This document shows, in pieces, positions 23,184-36,820 of a DNA stretch of 64,000 bases. The position numbers were made by a program, and so were the translations under genes. Within the stretch, counting starts at the first letter, position 1; each line of letters begins with the position of its first letter. Source of the stretch: Malacoraja senta (lineage: Eukaryota); NCBI GenBank assembly GCA_038087875.1, contig CM075988.1:23810001-23874000 (forward strand), written 5' to 3'. The notes beneath the pieces are model-generated. The model saw only the letters and a list, made by a program, of their open reading frames with translations, did not search any database and was not told the DNA's origin.

Positions 23184-24145
23184 CACTGCTGTTGGTTTGG
23201 GCCGTGGATTGTGGACAGGATGACATCAGATACCTTGTTGAGAATGGTTCCAGAAATATTGGCGCAAAAAGCAAAGAACAAATATTCATAAATACATCTG
23301 TGTGGACAGATTGTAAAAAAAAAAAGGTGCAGGAATGTGGGGAACAGGAGAATCATCCTACCACAACCAGAGAGCAGTCCTGAACTGCTATCCACCTCAT
23401 TGGAGACCCTCGGACTGTCTTTGATCGGACTTTGCTGGCTTTACCTTGCACTAAACGTTATTCCCTTATCATGTATCTGTACACTGTTTTAATGGCTCGG
23501 TTGTAATCATGTATTGTCTTTCTGCTGACTGGTTAGTAGGCAACAAAAGCTTTTGCCACAGAATTCTCTGCCACAGAAAGTAGTTGAGGCCAGTTCATTG
23601 GCTATATTTAAGATGTGGCCCTTGTGGCTAAAGGGATCAGGGGGTATGGAGAGAAGGCAGGTCCAGGATACTGAGTTGGATGATCAGCCATGATCATATT
23701 GAATGGCAGTGCAGGCTCGAAGGGCCGAATGGCCTACTCCTGCACCTATTTTCTATGTTTCTATGTTTCTAAAAGCTTTTCAATGTACCTCGGTACACAT
23801 GACAATAAACTACACTAGGCCATGTGATCTTCAGTCTGTACTGCCATTTAATAACTTTTGCCTAATTTTGCCTCATTCCTTTAGCTTTGTCACACAAATC
23901 TAATCTTCAGTATAAATTTACCAAATGTTTTTTTTTTAATGAAATAAGGCCCCATAATTCTGCCACGTTTTCATGTCGAAGTCTTGCAAACCTTCAAAGA
24001 TGGACACAACATGCCGGAGTAACTCAGCGGGTCAGGCAGCATCTCTGGAGAAAAGGAATAGGTGACGTTTCCGGTCGAGACCCTTCTTCAGACTGAGAGT
24101 CAGGGGGAGAGGGAAACTAGGGGGTATGAAAAATACTTCACTCTT

Positions 24146-24700
24146 CCAGTTTTGGTCTCCAAATCTGAGGAAGGACATTATTGCCATAGAGGGAGTGCAG
24201 AGAAGGTTCACCAGACTGAGATTCCTGGGATGTCAGGACTGTCTTATGAAGAAAGACTGGATAGACTTGGTTTATACTCGCTAGAATTTAGGAGATTGAG
24301 AGGGGATCTTATAGAAACTTACAAAATTCTTAAGGGGTTGGACAGGCTAGATGCAGGAAGATTGCTCCCGATGTTGGGGAAGTCCAGGACAAGGGGTCAC
24401 AGCTTAAGGATAAGGGGGAAATCCTTTAAAACCGAGATGAGAAGAACTTTTTTCACACAGAGAGTGGTGAATCTCTGGAACTCTCTGCCACAGAGGGTAG
24501 TCGAGGCCAGTTCATTGGCTATATTTAAGAGGGAGTTAGATGTGGCCCTTGTGGCTAAAGGGATCAGAGGGTATGGAGAGAAGGCAGGTACGGGATACTG
24601 AGTTGGATGATCAGCCATGATCATATTGAATGGCGGTGCAGGCTCGAAGGGCCGAATGGCCTACTCCTGCACCTAATTTCTATGTTTCTATGTTTCTATG
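24146..24700 (+). mobile_element. CR1/HER1-type LINE 3' fragment
   Basis: GLSYEERLDRLGLYSLEFRRLRGDLIETYKI...; TTTCTATG tail; related copy at ~12945-13262. Confidence 0.9.
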
Positions 24701-26867
24701 GTTCTAAATTTTAACACAGAACATGGAACAGGAACAGGCCCTTCGGCCCATAATGTTCATGCTATCCCTCTATTCCCCGCACTTCCACGTGCCTATCTAA
24801 AAGCCTCGTAAACGCCACTATCGTATCTGCCTCCACCACCACCCATGGCGTTCCTGGCCCCCTCCACACTCTTGCCCCACACATATCCATTGAACTTTAG
24901 ACAATATCCCTTGGTCCTGGACTCAACCAGAAGCATTGGCAGCTCACTGATGACCCCATCAGTTGCCCCTAATATTGGGAAAGGCAGTCGAATTATCCTG
25001 TAGAAACAAGGAACTGCAGAGGCTGGTTTATACCAAAGGTAGACACAAAGTGCTGGAGTAACTCAGCGGGTCAGACAGCATCTCTGGAGAAAAAGGATGG
25101 ATGAATTTTTGGGTTGGGAGTGAAAGTAGGGGGGAGGGGGGAGAGGGGGGGAACCCTCTACTCGCTGTCTGAAGAAGGGTCCCGACCGAAAAATGGACCC
25201 ATCCTTTTTCTCCAGAGATGCTGCCTGACCTAGTCAAAATATCTTGTTTAAGAAGGAACTGCAGATGCTGGAAAATCGAAGGTATCGCAAAAAAAACTGG
25301 AGAAACTCAGCGGGTGCAGCAGCATCTATGGAGCGAAGGAAATAGGCAACGTTTCAGGCCGAAACCCTTCTTCAGGCTGCAGGCAATATAAGCATATTTT
25401 GGTAAACTCTCCTTATTCTTTAAACTACGGTGCCCAGAAATCACTTATGGTGTACTTGCTAATATATCTTTCCTAATCTGTGATATCCAGAATCAGACAT
25501 GGTATGCCATGCATTGGAATGGCACAGGCAACAGTTTCAAATTTCATATCCAGATGTATTCCTTTGTCAATATTTACCATGCAGTGCTCAGACTGTGTTA
25601 TTCCTTAGGAATAAGGGTCAGCCCATGTGCAGATGAAACCAGTGAGATGGTGCTGACTGTCACTGGTTGCAGCTCCATAAGGAGTGTATCTTACTGTATT
25701 ATTTCGGAACCACTGACCCTCAATGGAGTACAGTTTCACACCACCGGCTCCCACTGGTTACTGTTCCACAGGGGCTGGAGAGCATATAAATGGACCACTT
25801 CATCAGTTTAGTTTAGTTTAGTTTAGAGAGACAGCGGGGAAACAGGCCCTTCGGCCCTCCGAGTCCGCGCCGACCGGCGATCCCCGCACATGAACACTAT
25901 CCTACACACACAAGGGTCAATTTTACACATACACCAAGCCAATCAACCTACAACTTAGTTTAAGAATAAGGAGTACAGTTAGAATAAGGGCCACAGTTTA
26001 AGAATTAGGAGTAAGCCATTTAGAACGGAGACGAGGAAACACTTTTTCTCACAGAGAGTGGTGAGTCTGTGGAATTCTCTGCCTCAGAGGGCGGTGGAGG
26101 CAGGTTCTCTGGATGCTTTCAAGAGAGAGCTAGATAGGGCTCTTAAAGATAGCGGAGTCAGGGGATATGGGGAGAAGGCAGGAACGGGGTACTGATTGGG
26201 GATGATCAGCCATGATCACATTGAATGGCGGTGCTGGCTCGAAGGGCCAAATGGCCTACTCCTGCACCTATTGTCTATTGTCTATTGACAAACCTGTACG
26301 TCTTTGGAGTGTGGGAGGAAACCGAAGATCTCGGAGAAAACCCACGCGGGTCACGGGGAGAAGGTACAAACTCCGTCCAGGCAGCGCCCTTAGTCGGGAT
26401 GGAACCCGGGTCTCCGGTGCTGTAAGCGCTGTAAGGCAGCAACTCTACCGCTGCGCCACCATGGCTGCCCTCAATCTTCTTAAATAGTTTAATGGCTAGC
26501 ATTGATTTTGAGGCGACTAGAATATCGAAGCATAGATATAATGCTGAGGCTTTATCAGATGGTGGTGGGGCCACATTTGGAATATTGTGTGTAGGACAGA
26601 ACTGCAGATGCTGGTTTACACCCAAGGTAGACTTCTTCAGTCTGAAGAAGGGTTTCAGCCCGAAGCGTTGCCTATTTCCTTCGCTCCATAGATGCTGCTG
26701 CACCCGCTGAGTTCCTCCAGCACTTTTGTCTACCTTTGATTTTCCAGCATCTGCAGTTCCTTCTTAAACTGCTGGAGTAACTCAACTGGTCCGGCAGCAT
26801 CTCTGGAGAAAAGGAATAGATGATATTTCGGGTGGAGACCCTTCTTCGAACTGAGAGTCGGGAAGGT

Positions 26868-27440
26868 GGGAAACGAACGATATGAAAAAGATAGAATATT
26901 GTGGAATATTTTGAGCAAAGGTGGAATTTTGGTGAGTATGGAAGCATGTGCTGGCTCTGGAGAAGGTCCAGAGGATCTATTTTACGAGAATGCTCCCAGG
27001 AATGATTGGGTTAACATTGGATGAGCATTTGATGGCTCTGGGCCTGTGCTCGCTGGAGTTTATAAAGACAAGGGGGCATCTCATTGAAATCTACCGAATA
27101 ATGAAAGGATTAGATAGAGTGGGCGTGGAGAGGATGTTTCCAGTAATGGGAGAGTTTAGAACCAGAGGGCGCAGCCTTAGAATAAAAAGACGTACTTTTA
27201 GAAAGGAGATGAAGAGGAATTTCTTTAGCCAGAGGGTGGTAAATCTGTGGAATTCATTGCCACAGATGGTTGTGGAGACAAAGACATTGGGTATTTTTAA
27301 AGCAGAGCAGTCAAAGATTACAGGGAGAAGGCAGGGGGATGGGGTTGAGAGGAAAAATAGATCAGTCATGATTGAATGGCAGGGGTGACTTGATGGGCCG
27401 AATGGCCTAATTCTGCTCCTATTTCTTGTGGTCTTATGGA
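26868..27440 (+). mobile_element. Older CR1-type LINE 3' fragment
   Basis: Degenerate LEKVQR..FTRMLPG...SLEF..RGHLIEIYRIMKGLDRV; different 3' UTR subfamily. Confidence 0.85.
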
Positions 27441-28235
27441 TTATAAAGTTGAAATTTGTGCATAGGATAGGTTGATGTAGGGGATGAAGGGGTTGCTAAT
27501 GAGAGTAGCAATTCATGTAATTAGAGGCACTAACGACGGTAGCAACTGTCCTACGCAGCAACACACACATCCAAGTAACCAAAGGGCCTGTTTCCACGCT
27601 GTTAAACTAAACCAAACTAAACTTTAGGACATCCAGCACCTCCTGGACCATGACTGTCCTCAAGATAGACTCAAAATGTTGGATTAACTCAGCCTGTCAG
27701 GCAGCATCTCTGCAGAGAAGGAATGGGTGATGTTACACAACGTAATAGATGACGTAAGAGTATGGATCTTCTCAAGACATCTCCATTGCTTGTCCCAGGT
27801 CTTCATGTCTTTCCCCACAGTATATACAAAGCATTTCTCCCTCTCCCCTGACTCTTAGTCTGGAGAACGGTCTCGACCCGAAACATCACCCATTCCTACT
27901 CTCCAGAGATACTGCCTGTCCCGCTGAGTTACGCCAGCATTTTGTGTCTATCATCGGGTTTAACCAGCATCTGCAACTCCTCTCCTCCACAGAGCGGAAA
28001 TACTCAGCAATACCTAAACACTGAGGCAGCAACTGGGAGACAACGACAGAAATGTTTTCATCGATTTCAGATTAGCCAAGTGGGAAAGTGTTGAAAACCA
28101 TCAACAGATACGGATGGTGTTTGCTAGATGCTGCTGTACTGTTGGACGGCGAGATTCGTGAAGCAGGACCTTCCTCCATCAGGAAGCCTCATTTAAATGT
28201 GCTGGAGTGGGAGGGACAGTGTGGAAGGGCACAAG

Positions 28236-28639
28236 CAAAGATCCTATAGCGAGCAAGATAGTCCACTCGACGAAAAGGACGTAGTACGGTCATGGGCAGA
28301 TTCATGGGTAATTTTCGGGCCCATTTCCGTAACCGGCTTCCGTCTCCGCACCAAAGATCCCGTAGCGGAGCAAAGATAACTAGTGCGGAGACGGAAGCCG
28401 GTTACGGAAACATCCTCGTAAAAATAAAAGTTCTTTGGGAAAAATCTTCTCCTCATTTTCAGAATTATAATTTATTAACACAAACTGTTCCCCCGCAACG
28501 TTGATTACACTGCGAGTCGGGTCGGGTCCGGTTACGGAAATGGATGAAAAAAAGGCCCAGGTTCCGTTCCGTTGCGTACTACACGTCAGCCCATTGCATT
28601 TAGCAGGAGTGGTCTATCTTGCTTGCTATAGGATCTTTG
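28236..28639. mobile_element. hAT-type MITE (family B)
   Basis: Same TIRs, opposite orientation to the 10750 copy; perfect 8-bp TSD GGCACAAG (28228-28235, 28640-28647). Confidence 0.92.
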
Positions 28640-29734
28640 GGCACAAGTGGGAAAACCAGGAATGCTGGTCGTTTAGTGGATGAAGAGTACAGCACAAACT
28701 AGCTGCTTCTGCAGTAAGGGCAGATGATAGCCCATCCATATCTAACCTGTGCCACGCGCGTCTTCACTCAAATTAATTAGCTCTGCCTTTAATGTGTAGA
28801 AATTCAGTGAGCTACAGATAATGGCCCTGTCGCAGCACCAGAATAACCTGCAGAAATATCACCAGCAGGTTTTGAGCCAGGTCACCCTCAGTGATCAGAG
28901 GTTAGGACCACAGGGCTCAGCCTCAGAATTAAAGGATGTTTCTTTAGGAAGGAGATGAGGAAGAATTTCTTTAGTCAGAGAGTGGTGAATCTGTGGAATT
29001 CATTGCCATCGAAGCTGGTGGAAACCAAGTCAATGGATATATTTAAGGCAGAGATTGATAGATCTTGATTAGTATGGGTGTCAGAGGTTATGGGGAGAAG
29101 GCAGGAGAGTTGGGTTAGGATGGAGAGATAGATCAGCCATGATTGAATGGTGGAGTAGACTTGATGGGCCGAATGGCCAAATTCTGTTCCTAGGCAGCAT
29201 CTCTGGATAGAGGGAATGGGTGATGTTTCGGGTCGACACCCTTCTTCAGACTGAAGAAGGGAGCATCTCAAGAAGGGTCTCGACACAAAACGTCACCCAT
29301 TCCTTCTCTCCAGAGATGCTGCCTGTCCCGCTGAGTTACTCCAGCATTTTGTGTCTACCTGCGGTTTAAAACGGCATCTGCAGTTCCTTCCTCCCACAAG
29401 GACCTCAAGGCGCTGAGGTCAATTCATGCTAACAGTGCGATCGACACAGAAATAGCAACTGCTGAATGCTTACACGTTGCACAAAGTCACGGACATCAAT
29501 ACACCAACAGTGACACCAAGATCAACCTCCTGACAAAGAGACACATTTTCCTTTACAAGGCAGCCTGCAGTCACAGCTGTTAGCACAGCTGCATCACAAA
29601 TCTAAGGACTCGGGTTTGATCCTGACCTCAGATATTGTCTGAGTGGAGTTTGTACCTCCTCCCTGACATGTGTGGGTTTCCACCAGGTGCTCGAGTTTCC
29701 TTCCACAACCCAATGGCATCTATAGTTTAATTTG

Positions 29735-30151
29735 TTCAAGAAGGAACTGCAGATGCTGGAGAATCGAAGGTAGATAAAATTGCTGGAGAAACTCAGCGGG
29801 TGAGGCAGCATCTATGGAGCGAAGGAAATAGGCAACGTTTCGGGCCGAAACCCTTCTTCAGACTGATGTAGGGTGGGGGGGGGGGGTGCGGGAAGAAGAA
29901 AGGAAGAGGAGGAACCAGAGGGCTGAGGGAGAACTGAGAAGGGGAGGAGACAGCAAGGGCTACCGGAAATTGGAGAGGTCAATGTTTATGCCGCTAGGGT
30001 GCAGACTGCCCAATATGAGGTGCTGCTCCTCCAGTTTCCGGTGGTGCTCACTCTGGCCATGGAGGAGGCCCAGGACAGAAAGGTCGGATTGGGAATGGGA
30101 GGGGGAGTTGTAGTGCTGAGTCACCGGGAGATCAGGTTGGTTAATGGGGAC
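29735..30151 (-). mobile_element. PLE 3' fragment
   Basis: Reverse complement of the PLE endonuclease C-terminus and pLTR; TSD CTATAGTTTAATTTG at 29720-29734 and 30152-30166. Confidence 0.88.
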
Positions 30152-31779
30152 CTATAGTTTAATTTGGTTATGTTATCATTTATTAGACAGTTGGCCAAAA
30201 TGCCCTCTGATGCTGAATGATCTCTCCCTGGAGATTCCTTCTCACCATGAGCTGCCACTTTGGACTGGCCCACGGGCTCATCACCTTCCTCCAAATCTAC
30301 TCCCCTTCACACTCGCCCTTCTGTACATTTGTAGGAGTCTCTCAGGGTCCAGCTTTGAGCTTATGCTAGATTAAGGCTCTCACATCTGTAATGTTTCAAT
30401 CCATTTCCTCATTGCCCTCTTCTAACGTCCAGTTGACCAATCTGTGTTTGTTTCTAGGCCCAGGACCTCGAGGGACTCGGGTTAGGGTTAGAAGAAGGGT
30501 TTCGGCCCGAAATGTTGCCTATTTCCTTCGCTCCATAGATGCTGCTGCACCCGCTGAGTTTCTCCAGTACTTTTGTCTACCTTCGAGTTAGAGTTAGGGT
30601 TCGTTCAGATTAGGTCCTCTCGCACAACAACAACAGCAACCACCTTTTCATTCCACTAAATATTTAAATAAAGGAGTATAAATAAGATCTGTTCTCCATT
30701 GGGTAATCTAAATTAGTTTAGTTCAGAGATACAGCATGGAAACAGGCCCTTCGGCCCACCGTCCGTGCCGACCTCACTAACGCTATCCCACACACACACA
30801 CACACACACGCGAGGGACAATTTACAATTTTACCGAAGCCAATTAACCTACAAACCTGCACGTCTTTGTAGTGTGGGAGGAAACCGGAGCACCTGGAGAA
30901 AACCCACGCGGGTCACGGGGAAATTAGTCAGGAGGCAGCATAACATCAAACCACCAACCACTCACAGTGTTACTGAGCCACCAAGATACCAGCCTCACAA
31001 GCCAGGAATGAGGTACTTCCATTTCTGTCATGGAAACTGGGTGAGCCCAGAACCAGGGCCCACAGTCTTAGAATAAAGGGGAGGCCATTTAAGACTTGAG
31101 GTGAGAAAAAACTTTTTCACCCAGAGAGTTGTGAATTTGTGGAATTCCCTGCCACAGAGGGCAGTGGAGGCCAAGTCACTGGATGGATTTAAGAGAGAGT
31201 TAGATAGAGCTCTAGGGGCAGGTGGAATCAAGGGATATGGGGAGAAGGCAGGCACGGGTTATTGATTGGGGACGATCAGCCATGATCGCAATGAATGGCG
31301 GTGCTGGCTCGAAGGGCCGAATGGCCTCCTCCTGCACCTATTTTCTATGTTTCTATGTTTCTAAACGTAGACAAATATGTGCAGGAGTAGGCCATTCGGC
31401 CCTTCGAGCCAGCACCGCCATTCAATATGATCATGGCTGATCATCCCCAATCAGTACCCCGTTCCTGCTTTCTCCCCATATCCCTTGATTCCTTTTGCCC
31501 GAAGAGCTGAATCTAACTCTCTCTTGCAAAGGCAGCAAGCTACTCCTCAGTAGCCAACCTTGTACAGGCAGCTCAGCTCAGTACAACAAGTGTTCATTCA
31601 GATTCATCACCTTTACATTTAAACTGTTGATGTTCAGTGAGATGCAGCCTGTGGCAAAGCCCAGCATCGCAGCAATGAAGAGAGGAACACTCAACACCAA
31701 CTGGATCGCAATGAGATCACACACTGCCATCATGAAGGTGAGGAGCGTTACTCTATCCCTCCCTCAGCAACCCCGCCAC

Positions 31780-32218
31780 CTTCTCTCTTTCTCTCTCTCT
31801 CTCTGTAAATGCTGCCCCCTTCTTTCCCTCTCTCCCTCTCTCCCTCTCTCTCTCTCTCCCTCACCCTTTATATCTCTCTCTCTCACTCTCTCCCTCACCA
31901 ATGCTGCCACTTTCTCTCTCTCTCTCTCTCTCTCACTCTCTCACTCTCTCTCTTGGATAGAGCCCAAAATAGCGGAGTCATCGGATATGGGGAGAAGGCA
32001 GGAACGGGGTACTGATTGGGGATGATCGGCCATGATCACATTGAATGGCGGTGCTGGCTCGAAGGGCCGAATGGCCTCCTGCACCTATTGTCTATTGTAA
32101 ATGCTGCCCCCTTCTTTCCCTCTCCCTCTCCCTCTCCCTCTCTCCCTCCCTTTATCTCTCTCTCTCACTCTCTGTCCCTCAGCAATGCTGCCACTTTCTC
32201 TCTCTGTATCTATCTCTG

Positions 32219-32312
<94 letters not shown>

Positions 32313-32357
32313 ACACACACATACACACGCACCCACCCACCCACACACATACACACA

Positions 32358-32400
<43 letters not shown>
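31780..32400. repeat. (CT)n/(CA)n compound microsatellite region with a short duplicated unit flanking a CR1 tail
   Basis: TGTAAATGCTGCCCCCTTC...CAATGCTGCCACTTTCTCTC occurs at ~31804-31920 and ~32096-32205; (AC)n at 32221-32360. Confidence 0.85.
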
Positions 32401-32401
<1 letters not shown>

Positions 32402-34651
32402 GACACCCCTTTTATGGAACTATATGTAATGATATAATAAATTGTATTAAGTCTACCATGGCAGCTGGGAATTTGTATTTCATTAAATAAAGAGCCTGAA
32501 ATAAAAAGTCAGGGTGACTACAACACTTTGAATTGCCTTGTTGCTGCAATATGTGATATAAATATGGCTTGCATGCTTGCTACTGGATTATTGTAAAATC
32601 CCATCTGATTTATCTCTATCCTTTTGCCTGCCCACATTGCTGCAAACACACAGTAACATGGCTACTCCTCTACCTGCCCTCTGAGCTGGCCCAGGGAGCC
32701 ACTGACTCGTGCAAAGCAGCAATCAAGAGGCATGATGATATCGCAGCTGGGCACAGCATCTGGCACTGACATCAGCATTCGATTTGGACGTGGATCCAAA
32801 GCGAATACAAGGTCCCAACCCAAGGAAACCACAACACAGGCGTAAGTACATGCTGAGCAGCAGAGAAAGCATGCCGTTAATGGAGCTAAGCTGTGTGGTC
32901 ACCATTCATCTCCTGTCCCGTCACACACAGTCACAAAATCTTAAGCTGCCCCTTGGATTCAAGGATGACTTGTTCCCACCCTGGCTTTGCTGGTTCTAAA
33001 GTGGCCAACAAGGCCAACGTGGGAACTATGGATAGACACACAAAGCTGGAGTAACTCAGCGGGACAGGCAGCATCTCTGGAGAGAAGGAATGGGTGACGT
33101 TTAGGGTCGAGACCCTTCATCAGACTGGTTTGGTTCAGTTTAGTTTATTGTCAAGTGTGCCGAGATACAGTGAAATTATTTCGTTGTGTGCTGACCACAG
33201 TGCTGTATTTAAGAGGGAGTTAGATGTGGCCCTTGTGGCTAAAGGGATCAGGGGGTATGGAGAGAAGGCAGGTACAGGATACTGAGTTGGATGATCAGCC
33301 ATGATCATATTGAATGGCGGTGCAGGCTCGAAGGGCCGAATGGCCTACTCCTGCACCTATTGTCTATGTTTCTATGTTTCTATGTCAGTGGTAAGACAAT
33401 ACATGATGATGTTCGAGCTGTCATGATTACCATTATATGATCACCATCGAGCCGTCCACAGTGTACAGAGACGTGATAAACGGAATAACGTGAATAACCT
33501 TTAGTGCAAGATAAAGCCAGTAGAGTCCGATCATCGACAGTCCGAGGGTAAATGTTGATGTCGGAGTAGAGATTTAAACTGACTGGGTTGATCGTAAGTA
33601 TAAGAGGGAACTGCAGATGCTGGATAAAATCGAAGGTAGACGCAAACTGCTGGAGTAACTCAGCGGGTGAGGCAGCATTTATGGAGCGAAGGAAATGGGT
33701 GACGTTTCGGGTCGAGACCTTCAGCCCACCGAGTCACCGACAACCGGTGAACCCCCCCCCCACCCCCGTACACAAGCACTTACCTACACACTAGGGACAA
33801 TTTACAATTTACAGGTAGACAAAAGTGCTGGAGAAACTCAGCGGGTGCAGCAGCATCTATGGAGCGAAGGAAATAGGCAACGTTTCGGGCCGAAACCCTT
33901 CTTCAGAATAAGTTCAATAAGACCAAATAATCAAGTCAAGTCAAGTGAGTTTATTGTCATGTGTCCCTTGTAGGACAATGAAATTCTTGCTTTGCTTCAG
34001 CACAACAGAACATAGTAGGCATTTACTACAAGGCATTCTATAAATATATACACAATGGTCAATATACTGATAAAGTGCAAATAACAGTATTGGCTAGTAA
34101 AGTTCAGTGTTATGTCCGAGCCAGGTTTAATAGCCTGATGGCTGTGGGGAGACTTGTATCCCATAAGGATATAGATGAATCAGATGGGATTTACAGGAGC
34201 CAATTGACCTAAAAATTTGCACGTCTTTGGAGTGTGGGAGGAATCCGGCGCATCCGGAGAAAACCCACGCGGTCACAGGGAGAACGTGCAAACTCCTTAC
34301 AGACGGGTCAGGATCAAAGCCGAGTCTCTGGAGCTGTCAGGCTGCAACTCTACCGCTGCGGCAGGTCCAGTTTAGTAGTGTATCATCATATATTGTTACC
34401 GAGGTACAGTGAAAAGCTTTTGTTGCGTGCTAACCAGTCAGCGCAAAGGCAATACATGATTACGATAAATCCATTTACAGTGTGTAGATACACCTGGTGA
34501 GGGGATAACGTTTAGTGCAAGGTAAAGCCAGTAAAGTCCGATCTCAGTGCCACCGTGCCGTCCCAGAGTGGTAGTGAGTGTTGCAACAACCTCCAGCCAA
34601 AGGCGCACACTGATGATAAGGTAAAAGTCATAAAGAACAGGAGTAGAATTG

Positions 34652-34894
34652 GGTAGTCAAAAGTGCTGGAGAAACTCAGCGGGTGCAGCAGCATCTACGG
34701 AGTGAAGGAAATAGGCAACGTTTCGGGCCGAAACCCTGAAGGAAATAGGCAACGTTTCGGGCCGAAACCCGGAAGGGTTTCGGCCCGAAACGTTGCCTAT
34801 TTCCTTAGCTCCATAGATGCTGCTCCACCCGCTGAGTTTCTCCAGCACTTTTGTCTACCTTCGATTTTCCAGCATCTGCAGTTCCTTCTCAAAC
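34652..34894. mobile_element. Foldback (inverted) PLE pLTR element
   Basis: pLTR segment followed by its reverse complement around ...GAAACCCGGAAGGGTTTC...; flanked by a GAGTAGAATT duplication within a CR1 tail. The same internal junction recurs at ~35950-36050 and ~41290-41390. Confidence 0.75.
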
Positions 34895-36519
34895 AAGAGT
34901 AGAATTAGGCCATTTGGCCCATCAAGTCTACTCCACCATTCAATCATGGCTGCTTTATCTCTCATCTATCATGGCTGATCTATCTATCTCTCTGTCCTAT
35001 GATGACACTCATCACCATGGCAGCATGGTGGTGCAGCGGTAGAGTTGCTGCCTTACAGCGCTTACAACGTCGGAGACTCTGCTTCGATCCCGACTACGGG
35101 TGCTGTCTGTGCGGAGTTTGCACGTTCTCCCCGTGACCGCATGAGTTTTCTCCGAGATCTTCGGTTTCCTCCCACACTCCAAAGACGTACAGGTCTGTAG
35201 GTTAATTGGCTTGGTGTCATTGTAAATTGTCCCTTGTGTGTATCGGGGATCGCTGGCTGGCGCGGGCTCGATGGGTCGAAGGGCCTGTTTCCGCGCTGTG
35301 TCTCCAAGCTAAACTAAACTAAACCATCTTCAATGCAATGCTACACACTTAGACAATTAGATGACTGACAGCCTGGAGAGTTCCTCAACATTCCCATGCT
35401 CAAAATGAGGAGTCCCAGCATGCGTGTGTGAAAGACAGGGATGATTCATTCATTCAATGAAGAATCCATCTCAGTTTCCCCCTGTGGTAGCTACCAGCAC
35501 TGAAGCTAGTCTTTGTTCAATTCAGTTCGCTTCACCTGATAAAGTTGTAAAGTCACAGAGTGGTACAGCGTGGAAACAGGCCCTTCAGCCCAACTTGCCC
35601 ACACCGACCAACATGTCCCATTCTACACTGGTCCCACCTGCCTGCGTTTGGCCCATATCCCTCCAAACCTGTCCTATTAAGCGCTGTAAGGCAGCAACTC
35701 TACCGCTGCACCACCATGCTGCCATGGTGATGAGTGTCATCATAGGACAGAGAGATAGATAGACCAGCCATGATAGATCAGAGATAAAGCAGCCATGATT
35801 GAATGGTGGAGTAGACTTAATGGGCCGAATGGCTAATTCGACTCTTGTTTGAGAAGGAACTGCAGATGCTGGAAAATCGAAGGTAGACAAAAGTGCTGGA
35901 GAAACTCAGCGGGTGAAGCAGCATCTATGGAGCGAAGGAAATAGGCAACGTTTCGGGCCGAAACCCTTCCGGGTTTCGGCCCGAAACGTTGCCTATTTCC
36001 TTCAGGGATTCGGCCCGAAACGTTGCCTATTTCCTTCACTCCGTAGATGCTGCTGCACCCGCTGAGTTTCTCCAGCACTTTTGTCTACCTAATGTATCCA
36101 TGTACCTGTCTAAATGTTTCTCAAACGTTGCGATACTCCCTGCTTCAACAACCTCCTCTGGAAGACACGAAATGCTGGAGTAACTCAGCGGGACAGGCAG
36201 CATCTCTGGTGAGAAGGAATGGGTGACGTTTCGGGTCGAGACCCTTCAAGTTTGGACACAGCATTGTGAAGGCAAAAAAGCTATGTTCCAGTGTTAGCCA
36301 TGTGTTCTGAACAATCTGTTCCAGCATTGCTATAGATCTGGCACTGACCTGGACAGTTGCCCAGGGTATGGCCTCTTCATATAAAGTAGGTCCATTCCAA
36401 AGTGTCCAATTACCAGAGCATCAGGCTACTCTTAAAACATCAACAAAACGAGGGGTTGGTGGTGTCCAGAGTACTTACGTACAGTAACATCTTCATTAAT
36501 GTTCATCTAAGGCTCTGCC

Positions 36520-36820
36520 AAGGTCACTTGGCTCCTTATCTCATCACAACCCTGGGCCAAATGATGGACTAAAGAGCTGGATTGGAGTAGTGCTGTGGGA
36601 GTGATTAGCCTTGACATCAAGACAGCAATTGACCAAACGTGGTATCTCGGAGTCTTAATAAAACCAAAATCAATGAGAATCAAGGGCTAAAACAACCCTC
36701 TCCAATGTCTGCACTAATAGCGAGCACTAAGGAAGATTGATGTGGTTCGTGGAGTTCATCACACAGCCCCAGGCCGTCAGTACAGGAGTCATTTAGAATG
36801 GAGCAATATTCGACCGCTCC
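36520..36820 (+). mobile_element. Ancient degenerate LINE RT fragment (L2/CR1 group)
   Basis: Remnants such as LDIKTAIDQTWY.GVLIK resemble the RT motif ALDI..AFD.VWH; related decayed pieces at ~32660-32900 and ~55080-55290(-). Confidence 0.55.
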
